A stretch of 64,000 nucleotides of DNA, from NCBI GenBank assembly GCA_000002435.2, contig CM018792.1, one strand, 5' to 3'. The stretch is from Giardia intestinalis. Lineage: Eukaryota. Below the pieces are notes generated by a model. The model was not told where the DNA came from. It ran no database searches and saw only the letters and a program-made list of their open reading frames with translations. This document shows, in pieces, positions 7,625 through 18,193 of the stretch. The position numbers were made by a program, and so were the translations under genes. Position 1 is the first letter of the stretch. Each line of letters opens with the position of its first letter.

Positions 7625-9562
7625 TCAGCTTGGATACTTTTCATTGAGCTTCTTCTGTGCCTCCCACTCCTTCACCAACTTCTTGTATCGGCTTTTTGGT
7701 ATGGGCAAAGGATTACCGTCAGGCCCCGTCTCGGCCAAGTGAGTGGGAATCCCACGCTCATCAAAAGCTGAGAACTCCACGTTCTCTAGAAACATCTTCT
7801 CGGCTGGAATTAGGGCCTTTTCGCGCTCTAAACGCTGCTTCTCAAGCTTTTCCTGCTGCACCTTCTCTTGTTGAAGCCTTTTGGCTTCTGCTAAATCCAG
7901 TTCTCTTTGGCGTTGGACCTTCCACTCCTCAACGTTTATCGGCTTAATATAAGACTCCTTGTCTGCATCTTCGATAGCAAATCCTGTCAATGGTAGGTGC
8001 TCATCTCTGAGCCTGTCACACAACCCTAGAAGCATCTTCTTTAGAGTCTTGGTATCTGTCTCAGCAGTATTAGTGGTTGAGGCCATCAATAGATCCTTTA
8101 TTTCTCTCCTGAAGTTACAGACGACTCTAGCGACTTGCAAGGCGTTTTCTGCCGTTGAAGTTTCACCTCTTGCATACGAGAAACCCATAATTGAGAGGAC
8201 ATGTACAATTTTATCCCGTGCATTAGATAGGAGAAACGTGCTGACCTGCCTGCCTTCTGTCTGGCATGCAAAGATGTATGCCTTGCAGTTATCGATCAAC
8301 AACATCACATGACTCATAGCGGAAACAATGTTTATATCGTTGCGGAAGGCCGTATCCACGTTGGAGAGGAACTCTATGGTCTGCGCTTCAAGAGCCTCTT
8401 CCGTTGTACTGTATCTAAGGTTCTTGATTGGCTCAGAAAGCTCTTCCTCGTGCTGAATGATCTGGCGACAATTGGACAGGAAACTGGTGATTTTTTTGTC
8501 CTTGGCAACTGCAGCATCCATCATCGAGATGCTGTAATCCAGCGACGCGCTGTATGGAACCATGCAAAAAAGCATGCGAACTTGGTTTGCCGTAAAGATG
8601 CTAAGAATCTCACGCACGGTTTTAAAGTTCTTTTTAGACTTTGACATAACATCCCCTGCTATCTTCAAGTGCCCACTGTGCAGGAAGCATCCTATCATGT
8701 TCTTTTTCCCGGCCCAGGTCTCCAACTGGATCAGCTCATTGTCGTGGTGAGGGAATTGTAGGTCACAGCCACCCAAGTGGAGATCAAACGCCCCTCCAGT
8801 GTCCTTCCCTAACACAGCTGCCGCCATCGCGGAGCACTCTATGTGCCAGCCAGGCCGTCCGGGCAGGGTGATCAGTTCCGAGACAGCGCCATTTTTGTGG
8901 GAAAAGGTTGCATCCCACTTGGCATCCTCTGGTTCTGTTTCTTTCCATGCCTTCCAGAGTGCGAAATCTGAGGCTGAGCGCTTTTCTGAGACGCGATTCT
9001 TGCTGTCCATCCCATCTGCATTCTGGATCAGGAGCTGGAGCTCGTCAGAACTACTGCCCAGAGGCCGAAGCTTGGGATAGGAGTACCCAGCGCTGCGGGC
9101 TGCGGCCACGTCAAAGTAAACAGACCCCGCGCTCACATATGCAAATCCGTTGTCCATGATCTTCTGGATGAAGAGAATGATGTCGGCCATGTACTCGGTT
9201 ACGCGAGTGACCACTGTGAAGGGACGAACTGAGAGGGTGTGCATGTCGGAAAGGAACTCCTGCTCGTATTTACGGCAGATGTCGAAGATGGACGAGCCCC
9301 TCTCTACGGCGCGGGCGATGATCTTATCGTCGACGTCCGTGATGTTGCACTGGTAGCGAACGCGCAGCCCGAAGTAGTCCTCGAGGATGCGGCGGACGAC
9401 GTCGAAGGTGACGTATGTGCGCGCGTGGCCCAGGTGGGTCGAGTCGTAGACCGTGGGGCCGCAGATGTAGGCCAGGACTGTGCTGGGTGCGTGGGTCCTG
9501 AGCTCCTCGAGGCGCCCGGTGAGGCTGTTGGTGAGCCAGACGGAGGTCGGGAACGCGGCCAT
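7625..9562 (-). CDS. CysRS: Cysteinyl-tRNA synthetase (class I; HIGH motif HLGHAR, KMSKS motif KMSKSKKN)
   Basis: 645-aa ORF with ATG start, full-length class-I aaRS architecture and a GC-rich 5' end. Confidence 0.93.
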   Translation of the reverse strand: MAAFPTSVWLTNSLTGRLEELRTHAPSTVLAYICGPTVYDSTHLGHARTYVTFDVVRRILEDYFGLRVRYQCNITDVDDKIIARAVERGSSIFDICRKYEQEFLSDMHTLSVRPFTVVTRVTEYMADIILFIQKIMDNGFAYVSAGSVYFDVAAARSAGYSYPKLRPLGSSSDELQLLIQNADGMDSKNRVSEKRSASDFALWKAWKETEPEDAKWDATFSHKNGAVSELITLPGRPGWHIECSAMAAAVLGKDTGGAFDLHLGGCDLQFPHHDNELIQLETWAGKKNMIGCFLHSGHLKIAGDVMSKSKKNFKTVREILSIFTANQVRMLFCMVPYSASLDYSISMMDAAVAKDKKITSFLSNCRQIIQHEEELSEPIKNLRYSTTEEALEAQTIEFLSNVDTAFRNDINIVSAMSHVMLLIDNCKAYIFACQTEGRQVSTFLLSNARDKIVHVLSIMGFSYARGETSTAENALQVARVVCNFRREIKDLLMASTTNTAETDTKTLKKMLLGLCDRLRDEHLPLTGFAIEDADKESYIKPINVEEWKVQRQRELDLAEAKRLQQEKVQQEKLEKQRLEREKALIPAEKMFLENVEFSAFDERGIPTHLAETGPDGNPLPIPKSRYKKLVKEWEAQKKLNEKYPS

Positions 9563-9581
9563 TTATCGGCGCCGGGCGGAG

Positions 9582-9587
9582 GCAAAA
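9582..9587 (-). terminator. T-run (TTTTT on the minus strand) directly after the tRNA-Cys 3' end; probable Pol III terminator
   Basis: The plus strand reads AAAAA at 9584-9588, immediately 3' of the tRNA discriminator base. Confidence 0.4.
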
Positions 9588-9659
9588 AGGGCCTGACCGG
9601 ATTTGAACCGATGACCACTCGGACTGCAGCCGAGCGCTCTACCCCTGAGCTACAGACCC
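9588..9659 (-). tRNA. tRNA-Cys: tRNA-Cys (anticodon GCA)
   Basis: Minus-strand sequence GGGTCTGTAGCTCAGGGGTAGAGCGCTCGGCTGCAGTCCGAGTGGTCATCGGTTCAAATCCGGTCAGGCCCT folds as a cloverleaf. The 7-bp acceptor stem has one G-U pair. The D stem is GCTC/GAGC, the anticodon stem CTCGG/CCGAG with loop CTGCAGT, and the T arm ATCGG-TTCAAAT-CCGGT. The discriminator is U. Confidence 0.9.
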
Positions 9660-9722
9660 CTGCTGCGAGCCGGAAGGGATGAACATGCATCCTCGTGTAG
9701 CTTTGTGGCTCTTCCGAAAGCA

Positions 9723-10151
9723 ATGGCGTTCCAGACCCTCGACGCGATCAACGAGCTGGCCGCGCAGGCCGCCCGGGTGGCCGGTCCGGCGCAGCCCCCG
9801 CCGAAGGCCCCGCAGCTCGCAAGCCGGGCCTGCGACACCCCCGGGACGGCCGAGGAGACAGACAACGAGGACCTCGACGACGTCCCGGCCGGCGAGCTCG
9901 AATGCAAGGTGTACAGCGAGGAGCATCGGAAGGCCGTTCGGAAAGAGATACAGCGGACCATCAAGAGCGGGATCGTCATCACCATCATCAGCGTCGTCAT
10001 GGTCCTCGTCCTCACCTGGTTCATTGTAAGTAGATTCCCGCTGGTCCTGGTCATCGTCTGGGCCTCTATGACCGCCGTCCTCACGATCCTTGGTGTGGCT
10101 GCCTGGATATGGGTCTGTGCACGGTTCAAAAAGGCACGTGCAGAGACATAG
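9723..10151 (+). CDS. Small hypothetical membrane protein (two TM helices, Ala/Pro-rich acidic N-terminus), 142 aa
   Basis: Track ORF 9705 starts at GTG, so I trimmed it to the first ATG (MAFQTLDAINEL...). TM segments are IVITIISVVMVLVLTWFIV and LVLVIVWASMTAVLTILGVAAWIWV. The overlapping minus ORF 9650..10246 looks non-coding. Confidence 0.5.
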   Translation: MAFQTLDAINELAAQAARVAGPAQPPPKAPQLASRACDTPGTAEETDNEDLDDVPAGELECKVYSEEHRKAVRKEIQRTIKSGIVITIISVVMVLVLTWFIVSRFPLVLVIVWASMTAVLTILGVAAWIWVCARFKKARAET

Positions 10152-10290
10152 CCTGGCGCGCTCTTATGGAAATAGAAACAGTTCGGCAAGTAAACAGTTG
10201 TTAGCAAGGCATGTATGTTCATGGTTCCATCGGGTAAACAGGGCATGTAGTGTACACGTTCTTAAAAGCTAATTCTCGAGTGCCTTGTTT

Positions 10291-11496
10291 ATGACCGAAT
10301 GCCTGGAGAGTAATGAATACTGTATTTGCACGCCAACAGCAGATAATAGCGTAGTTATATGTAAGTGCAAGGAGGGATATGTTAGTAGAGACAACCAGTG
10401 CTACAGCAAAGAATGTTATGACAGTCTCACAGACAGCTTTTGTGGAAACTTAGGCTTTGCTACATGCGATAATAGTGCACAGAAGTGTAACTGTGGCAAT
10501 ACAGGCCTTACTCTAATGTCCTTTCATGGGCGATGCGTAACAGAGAATTGTTTAATTGGAAAAGAGCCTAGCCGGACTGAGTGTTGGAATAGAGGGTACT
10601 GTCAAATTAACTTAGCTGGAGGGATATGTCGTTGTTACTCTGCATACTTAAACGACACTGGGTGTACTAAGTGCAATCCAGAAACATCCCTGGAGAAGAA
10701 GGTATCAAATGGAGTTGAGTGCATTCCAAAAACGTGCATGGATAAGGAGAATCCTAGCGTCGATCTTGTATGTAATAACATCGGAACGTGTACTCCCTTT
10801 GTCAACTCAGAGTCAACCATGCTGTACATATGTAAGTGCAATAGCCATGCTTTCAGTGTAGGAGACTCATGCTATCCAAAGGAGTGTGTGATTACAGACC
10901 CTCTTGTCTCCAACAGCCTCACTGTCTGCAACTCAAAGGGATCTTGCGATTTCAAAACAAGTAGATGCAACTGCATCGCACCTTACACAGGAAGATTCTG
11001 CCGGTCTTGCTTACCGGAATATATCCACCAATATATTGCAACCGAGAACGGCTTTCTCTTTCTCTGCGTCCACGAGAACTGCTGGGATGAGTCGCTTAAT
11101 ACGCACTGCAGTGGTCACGGGAACTGTACAATGGATGCCGTGTCTAAGGTCTATAAGTGCTCATGTGAGCAAGGATACAATCTTGTGAAGGGCACGTACA
11201 ACATTTGTGCGTCAAACACCGTCCGTAAGCGTAATCGGCAAGGCTACCTTCTGCTGTCTGACGTCTTGTTTGTCGCGCTCTTTGCCGTGGCCATTCTTGG
11301 AATAGGTGTATATCTCCTTGTGAAGCTTTTGTCTGAAAAGAAGGCCAAGCGAGACCATGAGCTTTACATCCATCAAGAGAAGATCACAATAGCAAGGAAT
11401 CTCCATAATGATTTGTCATCAGCTAAGCAGGCGTCTGCTCAATCTAGCGTCCTTTCCACTGCCGAGTACATAGCTTTTCAGCGAAGGTACATGTAG
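10291..11496 (+). CDS. High-cysteine membrane protein (EGF-like/CXC repeats, C-terminal TM plus short basic tail) that lacks a signal peptide
   Basis: Trimmed from a TTG start to the ATG at 10291. It has over 50 Cys in CxC/CxxC/GxC spacings and the TM segment LLLSDVLFVALFAVAILGIGVYLLV. An in-frame stop lies 21 nt upstream, so no N-terminal extension is possible. Confidence 0.7.
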   Translation: MTECLESNEYCICTPTADNSVVICKCKEGYVSRDNQCYSKECYDSLTDSFCGNLGFATCDNSAQKCNCGNTGLTLMSFHGRCVTENCLIGKEPSRTECWNRGYCQINLAGGICRCYSAYLNDTGCTKCNPETSLEKKVSNGVECIPKTCMDKENPSVDLVCNNIGTCTPFVNSESTMLYICKCNSHAFSVGDSCYPKECVITDPLVSNSLTVCNSKGSCDFKTSRCNCIAPYTGRFCRSCLPEYIHQYIATENGFLFLCVHENCWDESLNTHCSGHGNCTMDAVSKVYKCSCEQGYNLVKGTYNICASNTVRKRNRQGYLLLSDVLFVALFAVAILGIGVYLLVKLLSEKKAKRDHELYIHQEKITIARNLHNDLSSAKQASAQSSVLSTAEYIAFQRRYM

Positions 11497-11636
11497 TGCT
11501 CACACTGTATGTCAGCACCTCTGTTAGGTTCTTCCTGTTTCAGTTTAGTTAGTAAATTAATATGCCTTCAGCGTCTGTACAGCTTGCACAGTGGATTTCT
11601 TATCCTTGGCCAAGTCTCAATTAAATCAATAAGCTC

Positions 11637-12743
11637 ATGGGCATAGTTGAGCAAATAGCTGAGGTAAAGACTGAGATGGCACGTACCCAAAAGAACAAGG
11701 CCACAGAGCATCATCTAGGACGCCTGAAGGCCAAGCTTGCGCGACTGGAGAGTCAGCTCATCAGCGAGGTCACAAAGAAATCTGGAGGAAAGGGGTCTGG
11801 ATTTGATGTTGTTAAGCAGGGACAAGCTAGAATTGCACTCGTTGGGTTCCCATCTGTGGGGAAAAGCACCTTTCTCACGCGGTATACCAACGCGGAGTCT
11901 GCATCAGCAGCCTATGAATTCACCACTCTTACCTGTGTTCCAGGCACGATGGAGATAAATGGAGCGCCAATACAGATTCTTGACCTCCCAGGAATCATCG
12001 AGGGGGCCGCCACGGGCCTAGGGAAAGGACGACAGGTGATTGCAACCGCTAGAACAGCAGACGCCATAATAATGATGCTTAGCGCATGCAACGCAGTCAA
12101 GGAGAGGCGGATCCTTACAAAGGAGCTAGAGTCTATGGGAATCCGTCTGAACAAACGCCGACCAAGCATTGAACTACGCCCAGCCTCAATGGGGGGTATA
12201 CAGGTGCTTTCGGACAATGTATTGACCGTCCTAGATCACGACACAATACGGGCCACTCTTGCAGAGTATAAAATCCACAACTGTCAGGTGCTTCTCCACT
12301 GCGATGCAACCGTCGATGACCTAATTGACGTAGTAGAGGGCAACAGAGTTTATATGCCGTGTATCTACGCTATCAACAAAATTGACATGGTAAGTATTCC
12401 CGCTGCCGAGTACTATGCAAAGCAGCCGGACACCGTTGTTATTTCAGCAGAGTGCGATCTCAATGTCGATTACCTGAAGCGAATTATCTGGCAGCGGCTG
12501 CAGTTAGTACGCATCTATACCAAGAAGCGGAACTGTCCGGCAGATCTTAGTCAAAAGGAAGCGGTTTTTCTCAAACAAGGAGATACAGTCGAGAAGCTTT
12601 GTGCAAATATTCACAATGATATGGTATCCAATTTTTCGTATGCAATGGTGTGGGGTAGAAGTGCCCAACACTGTCCTCAGCGAGTCGGAAAAGACCACAA
12701 GCTAGCCGACGAAGACGTTGTCCAGATAGTTTTGAGAAAATAG
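11637..12743 (+). CDS. DRG: Developmentally regulated GTP-binding protein (DRG/Obg family GTPase with C-terminal TGS domain)
   Basis: Motifs GFPSVGKST (G1), DLPG (G3) and NKID (G4), with a DRG-type N-terminus MGIVEQI...TQKNKATEHHLG. Confidence 0.93.
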   Translation: MGIVEQIAEVKTEMARTQKNKATEHHLGRLKAKLARLESQLISEVTKKSGGKGSGFDVVKQGQARIALVGFPSVGKSTFLTRYTNAESASAAYEFTTLTCVPGTMEINGAPIQILDLPGIIEGAATGLGKGRQVIATARTADAIIMMLSACNAVKERRILTKELESMGIRLNKRRPSIELRPASMGGIQVLSDNVLTVLDHDTIRATLAEYKIHNCQVLLHCDATVDDLIDVVEGNRVYMPCIYAINKIDMVSIPAAEYYAKQPDTVVISAECDLNVDYLKRIIWQRLQLVRIYTKKRNCPADLSQKEAVFLKQGDTVEKLCANIHNDMVSNFSYAMVWGRSAQHCPQRVGKDHKLADEDVVQIVLRK

Positions 12744-12799
12744 CATAAGCAGGATCAACCAGAACGCCCACGGCTCCCTTCTGCTCCTGGTGACGCACT

Positions 12800-12806
12800 A
12801 TTTACT
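12800..12806 (-). promoter_or_regulatory. AGTAAAT (Giardia-type AGTRAAY polyadenylation signal) overlapping the EB1 stop codon
   Basis: The minus strand reads ...CAGTAAATAG with TAA as the stop codon. In Giardia this signal commonly overlaps the stop. Confidence 0.35.
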
Positions 12807-13518
12807 GATGATACTCCGCATACAGAATATCCTCTATCTTCTTCACGACACTCTTAATGTAGAACGGAGAGTCTTCTGGCTCTGCAATCTCCACTTGTGT
12901 CATAAGTTCGTTCATTTGATCCATATATATCTCTATTTCATGCAACTTATCAAAGTAAAATTGTGACTCTAGCTGACCCTTTGCAATTTGACGACGTAAG
13001 TCCTCAAGCTCCTTAGAGTCAATTGAGGGCCCGGACGTGCTTGAGGCCTTGGGGTTCTGCATGGATGCAGCGGTGCTGCCTGACCTATTTCCTGGTTTTG
13101 ATGTTTTAGTAACAGCGTTGGCAGATCCAGATTCTGTAGCACCAGACTTGGATCCCTTGTAATTTTGGTCAAAGAACCACTTGAACCATTGGAAGAACTC
13201 GAAGTTGTCCATGTACTTCCCTGTGACTAGCTTATTGACGTCAATGCCCTTATCTATATTGTTACGACTCAAAACGTCCTGTATGATCTTAAAATTTTCT
13301 GACCTTTCCCACTCGTTGATAGCATTCATGCGAACACGATGCATGTTCACCTGTCCCGGATAAACAAGATTCAGGGCCATACAATAGTGGTGTCCCGATG
13401 CCAGGTCCTCAACTTTCTTGACAGGCTCATTAAGCAATTCTGATATCCACTTGAGCAAGGAGACGCGGCCTACAAAGTAGCAGTCAGACACATTTCCGGG
13501 TGCTTTTACCGGCGGCAT
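12802..13518 (-). CDS. EB1: EB1 microtubule plus-end binding protein (CH domain plus EB1 C-terminal domain)
   Basis: Trimmed to the ATG at 13516-13518. DNFEFFQWFKWFFDQNY and the C-terminal FYFDKLHEIEIY match conserved EB1 signatures. Confidence 0.9.
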   Translation of the reverse strand: MPPVKAPGNVSDCYFVGRVSLLKWISELLNEPVKKVEDLASGHHYCMALNLVYPGQVNMHRVRMNAINEWERSENFKIIQDVLSRNNIDKGIDVNKLVTGKYMDNFEFFQWFKWFFDQNYKGSKSGATESGSANAVTKTSKPGNRSGSTAASMQNPKASSTSGPSIDSKELEDLRRQIAKGQLESQFYFDKLHEIEIYMDQMNELMTQVEIAEPEDSPFYIKSVVKKIEDILYAEYHQ

Positions 13519-13576
13519 CAAGCGTGAATTTAAATTTTGAGCTTTTACTTACGTTTCTACCCAACTTAGCTCACGC

Positions 13577-14005
13577 ATGCAAGACACAAGGGCTATAATG
13601 GAAAGTATCACTCAGTTTGCTCTAGACTTGGAAGCCTTTTTTAGGCCCGAAGAGGAGCGCATTGTCACATGCTTTCATACGCCCATCAACGAAGACCATG
13701 ATTGTGGTACAGATGGCAGGGGATCACCTGCTACGTTGGCTGCAGCATTTCATGTACGCAAGAACTACTATGAAGACGGTATGATTTCGTCTTCTCCGTC
13801 TCCAGTCAGTGTCCATTCCTACCTGGAGGCGCACGATTGGAGCAGTGAAACTGACTCGCATGATGACAAGAGAGGTAGAGAGTATGACCAAGAGTCAGAG
13901 GACGGATCTACCGCCGGCACACTAGCCAGTGCGCACTCTTCTCTATTGCTGTCATCGCCAGTAACACCGGACAGGTCTGCTGGAAGTGACAGCGATGTAT
14001 GGTAG
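13577..14005 (+). CDS. Hypothetical acidic Ser-rich protein, 142 aa
   Basis: ATG start 55 bp from the EB1 start (divergent). No similarity recognised. Confidence 0.4.
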   Translation: MQDTRAIMESITQFALDLEAFFRPEEERIVTCFHTPINEDHDCGTDGRGSPATLAAAFHVRKNYYEDGMISSSPSPVSVHSYLEAHDWSSETDSHDDKRGREYDQESEDGSTAGTLASAHSSLLLSSPVTPDRSAGSDSDVW

Positions 14006-14017
14006 TTTACAGCTGTG

Positions 14018-17000
14018 TTATTCTCCAAGCAATGCATCAAGCATATGCACAAGTGTCAAATTGTGAGCCAATAGAAACCCCCCATATGTCTGTTCAAGAG
14101 CGACCAAGATTTGTTTCTTACATTTCTCTGCGTCTTCCTTCGGCATATGTTCTCCCTCATTTATATCGTTAATATGCAGCCGTTTAAATGCTTTAATATA
14201 CACATTGCTGTTGTCTTCATCGCACATGGACATAACTTTATAAACAAACCGCTTGAAGAGTATGGGAGAAGCCGCTTTCAAAATGTCTGTGCAGCGCTCT
14301 ATCCCGAGAAGAACAAACTGCGCCTGTGTAGTCTCGAAGACCTTGATCAGTGAGTAGAACAAAATCACAATAAGTACCCACAGATGTGCATCTGCTTCTG
14401 AAGCTTCTTCTAGGCTTCTACTACTTAAGAAGGAAAGGAGATACGGAAACGACCTGCTCACCTTGGTACTATTTTGCCGTGTAGAAAACGATAGCGCCAC
14501 AATGAGTTGCATAAAGAGCTTCGTGATAAAAGATAGGGGTGACTGCTTAGAATTGATATTGACCGTCACAGAGTCAAGAAGCTTAGTGATTAATTTTCCA
14601 CAAATGAAGGCACAAAGCGTTGAAATCCTCTGCGTTGAATATAAAATGAGGGGTAGAAGAACTTGGTAGATGAGCTCATTGATGTCTGCCGCAGATAAGT
14701 TGAGAAGTAGCTTTAGGTCCTCAGTAGTAAAGAGTTCGATGCTTTCCAGCTGGTCGTTTGAGGAGTCCCCACACTCTCTAAATGCGTTCCAAACAGTTGT
14801 TAGAAAGACATTTGACGCAGGAGACAGTGCTTGCGGCGGCGGTGCCATGAAGTAAAGTCCCGAAAGGTAGCGGATGTGTGGCAAGTACGTGCACTGGGCC
14901 TTGTTAAAGGTACTATAAAGGCTTTCCAAGAGACCGATGTTCTCCGACGCCTTGGAGGCAAGAGTTGACATGAAGTACAGAAGCTCGTTAACGGTGGAAA
15001 CGACGAGCTCCGACGTTTGCTCATAGGTCGAGACATTCTTCAATAGTATGGCCCATTTCCAGAAGGCGCCACTAGGTAATGCCTGTAGAAGCGGCAAAAA
15101 CGTGTCTGGATTAAGCAAGTACGCCGCAAGTGGTTCTGGCATGGAGTAGGTACGTGGACCACAAAGCAGTGGGCATTCTCCTATGCTCTGTATGCATGTA
15201 TCCGCGAGCATACTGGGAGACTTTCCATTAAGAAGAGACTCCGCTAAGGGAGACATGTCTGCAACTTCAGCGTTTGCTGAAGCGTCCATAAGGTGGGTAA
15301 TAAGCTCTCTCAAGCAGTACATTGCTGGAAGAGACCCAAACTTCAAGGACCCCATAAGATTTGCAAGCAAATATTGACCGGAAAGATCACTCGATGTTTT
15401 GCTAATGGTCCAATCGACATGAATTGTTAATCTGACAGCAACAGAGACATAGTTGCGATAGTAGCTACGGAGCCATCCACTTTCCCGAGATAGGTGATGT
15501 CCCGATCTGGCTTGCTGATCTAAGGAGACGTCGTCTAAACACTCATCAGTAATAGATTGTATAATCAGCCAGGTATAAAACTCCTGGACAAGTGGATGTG
15601 ATGAGATAATAATGCCGCAGAGAAGAGAGCGAATATCCGCCAGCTCGAGACGGCGCTTAACATATTCATGCACAAGAATCAAAGAGGTGGCCGGCAGAGA
15701 AGCAATGCTTGACATGACGCCAGAACAGTTTGTCAGACAAAGAACACTGATCAAATACTGTTCGATGAAGGACTTGAGCGTCACATAGTAGAAATTCCTC
15801 TTGCACTCTATGCCCGATAAAGCAGCCAGAAAAGAAGGACATTGTTTCACCTTCCTCGCGCAAGCAGAAATGGATGACAGCTCCTCCATGATAGCAGAAT
15901 ATATCTCCCTTCTATGAGTGAACCCCATTGTGCTTAGCTTATCCCACGCGAGAGATAGGGCCTCCTGACAGTACGGGGCAAAGAACAGATTAGCAATGAT
16001 TTGACCGACAAACCGGTAATCAGATGAATTAATGCTCCCCTCTAAGGCATGAGAATAGGAGTCTAGCGTTGGAAACACAGCCTTGTCTATACAGCATAAC
16101 GAGAAAGACTGTTCATAAAGAGTTCTAAGTATCCCACAATCCATCAGCCATGGAACTGTTGCATGGGCAAGCTTGAAGTGATCACTAGGAATGATGTTAG
16201 CAAGAGAACCATCACCTAATAAAGCGTACATGAGCATGTTGGCCCCTTCAGTTTCATTATGTTTGAGTAATAAGTAGATAAAGTTCAGAAAAACAAACCT
16301 CATGTTGTTATGGGAAAGCCAATAGACAGGGAGGTCCAGTAGACAGCTTATTGAGTCGCCCAGGGTTTGATACTTGTGCTTGATGTTCTCGCTTTTCGTG
16401 GCGATTTCAGCTGCAAAAGGAGGCGCTTTAGTTGGAAGGTTGCAGGTTGATAAGGGAGTAGAAAAAGTATAGATGTCATACAGCTCGGCAAGGTATGTAG
16501 TAAGCTCCCTCTGAACAGACGCTTGCGAGACGCCTTTGCAGAGCTTGATGCAGATGTATTTAAGTAGCTTATCGCATAATATATTTGGGCTGTCTTCACA
16601 GTTGAAGCCAGCGGACAAGATAGTTCTAAGTGACATTGACTCTGAAGACGGAGGGTCTTCTCTAACAATAGTGAGCATGGTTAAGATCCGCAGAATAAGT
16701 TTCTCTGTAGATAAAATGGAACTAGAGCAGGGTAAATAAAAAGATATAATGTAGTGAAATAGCATGGTAGGAAATGTTATGTCTTCAGCCCACCGAGGGT
16801 CGAGAAAAAGAGTAATAAATCCTTTAGACAAGCAGAACCGTAGTACCCCCTGTTGAAGAAATATGCGCATAGTGAACTGCATGCTAATTGGAACGGTACT
16901 CATTACCGAATAGAAAAGTGCATTCTTAAGTGCTGCCAGAGCTCGGCTTTGCTCTTCAGAGTCTACTGTCCCAGAGGCCTCTGGAGCTAACAGAAGTGCA

Positions 17001-17713
17001 ATTAACAGGATACGGACAGAAAGAGCCATGTCATGGAACGGTTCAGTCACGAATGTCAGTGCATCAACCTGGGCAGTGCGTAGTTCGTGGTTGCTGTAGA
17101 CGCGGGCAATGCGCAGCAGAACCTTTTGAGCGTCTGCAGGCAAAGACAGCTCCTTCACAGATGGAATAGCTAGCTCGGCCTGCAGTATATCTAGCGTAGA
17201 AACCAACTCTGCGACTCCACGTGAAAGGCCAACAAGGAGTCTGGATGGAGTCATGAGCTTTGTTGAGTGAATAGGTGAAAACCCGATAATTAGTGAGCAC
17301 AGGAGCGCTACCCATGCTCGGACCCCTGGAGACGACTTCAGGTCGGAGAGTAGCTGGCTTGCTGGTGTATCTGATTGAATCCCTAGAAGTGCCCCAACGG
17401 AGAAGATGGCACTGGTAACGGTGCAAAGCCGTTGAATGCTGATGTCTCGTTGATCTAGAATATAGGTATGGATCCGCTTTACAAGATAGTCTAAATCCAG
17501 CCTAGCGTGCGGCATCTGGACGCTTCTATCGTGCTTGAAAAATGTGTATCTATTTAGCTCCTGATGAGACGCATTTCCTTCCATTAGAACATACTTCCAA
17601 ATCAGCGCGACAATTGTCTGACTGGCTGATAAGCTTGTCTGGGCACCAACTGCTCGTTGCAAATCATTGAGGGCCGCGTTGTCAGAGATGTACTTGGGCC
17701 CTCCAGGTTTCAT
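14018..17713 (-). CDS. Large hypothetical protein, 1231 aa, Leu-rich and helical
   Basis: ATG start with an uninterrupted 3.7-kb frame and compact spacing to both neighbours. Confidence 0.8.
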   Translation of the reverse strand: MKPGGPKYISDNAALNDLQRAVGAQTSLSASQTIVALIWKYVLMEGNASHQELNRYTFFKHDRSVQMPHARLDLDYLVKRIHTYILDQRDISIQRLCTVTSAIFSVGALLGIQSDTPASQLLSDLKSSPGVRAWVALLCSLIIGFSPIHSTKLMTPSRLLVGLSRGVAELVSTLDILQAELAIPSVKELSLPADAQKVLLRIARVYSNHELRTAQVDALTFVTEPFHDMALSVRILLIALLLAPEASGTVDSEEQSRALAALKNALFYSVMSTVPISMQFTMRIFLQQGVLRFCLSKGFITLFLDPRWAEDITFPTMLFHYIISFYLPCSSSILSTEKLILRILTMLTIVREDPPSSESMSLRTILSAGFNCEDSPNILCDKLLKYICIKLCKGVSQASVQRELTTYLAELYDIYTFSTPLSTCNLPTKAPPFAAEIATKSENIKHKYQTLGDSISCLLDLPVYWLSHNNMRFVFLNFIYLLLKHNETEGANMLMYALLGDGSLANIIPSDHFKLAHATVPWLMDCGILRTLYEQSFSLCCIDKAVFPTLDSYSHALEGSINSSDYRFVGQIIANLFFAPYCQEALSLAWDKLSTMGFTHRREIYSAIMEELSSISACARKVKQCPSFLAALSGIECKRNFYYVTLKSFIEQYLISVLCLTNCSGVMSSIASLPATSLILVHEYVKRRLELADIRSLLCGIIISSHPLVQEFYTWLIIQSITDECLDDVSLDQQARSGHHLSRESGWLRSYYRNYVSVAVRLTIHVDWTISKTSSDLSGQYLLANLMGSLKFGSLPAMYCLRELITHLMDASANAEVADMSPLAESLLNGKSPSMLADTCIQSIGECPLLCGPRTYSMPEPLAAYLLNPDTFLPLLQALPSGAFWKWAILLKNVSTYEQTSELVVSTVNELLYFMSTLASKASENIGLLESLYSTFNKAQCTYLPHIRYLSGLYFMAPPPQALSPASNVFLTTVWNAFRECGDSSNDQLESIELFTTEDLKLLLNLSAADINELIYQVLLPLILYSTQRISTLCAFICGKLITKLLDSVTVNINSKQSPLSFITKLFMQLIVALSFSTRQNSTKVSRSFPYLLSFLSSRSLEEASEADAHLWVLIVILFYSLIKVFETTQAQFVLLGIERCTDILKAASPILFKRFVYKVMSMCDEDNSNVYIKAFKRLHINDINEGEHMPKEDAEKCKKQILVALEQTYGGFLLAHNLTLVHMLDALLGE

Positions 17714-17762
17714 TAATTCAAATTAAAATTGTTGGCCGCAAAAAACCCATTATTTGAAAGCT

Positions 17763-18173
17763 ATGGCCGGCGAGATGATCCACCCCCTCCCGCATAAGAT
17801 CATCATCAAGAAGAGGAAGAACAAATTCATCCGCTTCCAGTCCGAGCGCTTCGTCCGCGTCAAGCCTTCGTGGAGAAAGCCCCGTGGGATAGACTCTCCG
17901 ATGCGCCACCAGTACAGGGGTCAGCGCCCCATGGTTTCCATCGGCTACGGTTCCGATAAGGAGACGCGTTTCATGCTCCCCTGCGGCTTCTTCAAGCACA
18001 GGATATCCACTGTCCACGAGCTCAAGACCCTCTTCATGAACAACAAGACGCACGCTGCACAGATTGCACACGGCGTTTCTGCGAGGTCGCGCAAGCAGAT
18101 CCTTGAGGAGGCCAAAAAGATGGGCGTGCGTGTCCTCAACGCCGACGCCAAGCTGCGCAAGGAAGAACTGTAA
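17763..18173 (+). CDS. RPL32: 60S ribosomal protein L32e
   Basis: Trimmed to the ATG (MAGEMIHPL...). KKRKNKFIRFQSERFVRVKPSWRKPRGIDSPMR aligns with eukaryotic L32. High GC3. Confidence 0.93.
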   Translation: MAGEMIHPLPHKIIIKKRKNKFIRFQSERFVRVKPSWRKPRGIDSPMRHQYRGQRPMVSIGYGSDKETRFMLPCGFFKHRISTVHELKTLFMNNKTHAAQIAHGVSARSRKQILEEAKKMGVRVLNADAKLRKEEL

Positions 18174-18193
18174 GGGGCTCTCCCGGCTTCTCG

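Noticed and set aside
9650-10246. 198-aa minus-strand ORF overlapping the tRNA and the small TM protein gene
   Set aside because: Composition is non-protein-like and it overlaps a confident tRNA. The plus-strand frame has clean TM helices.
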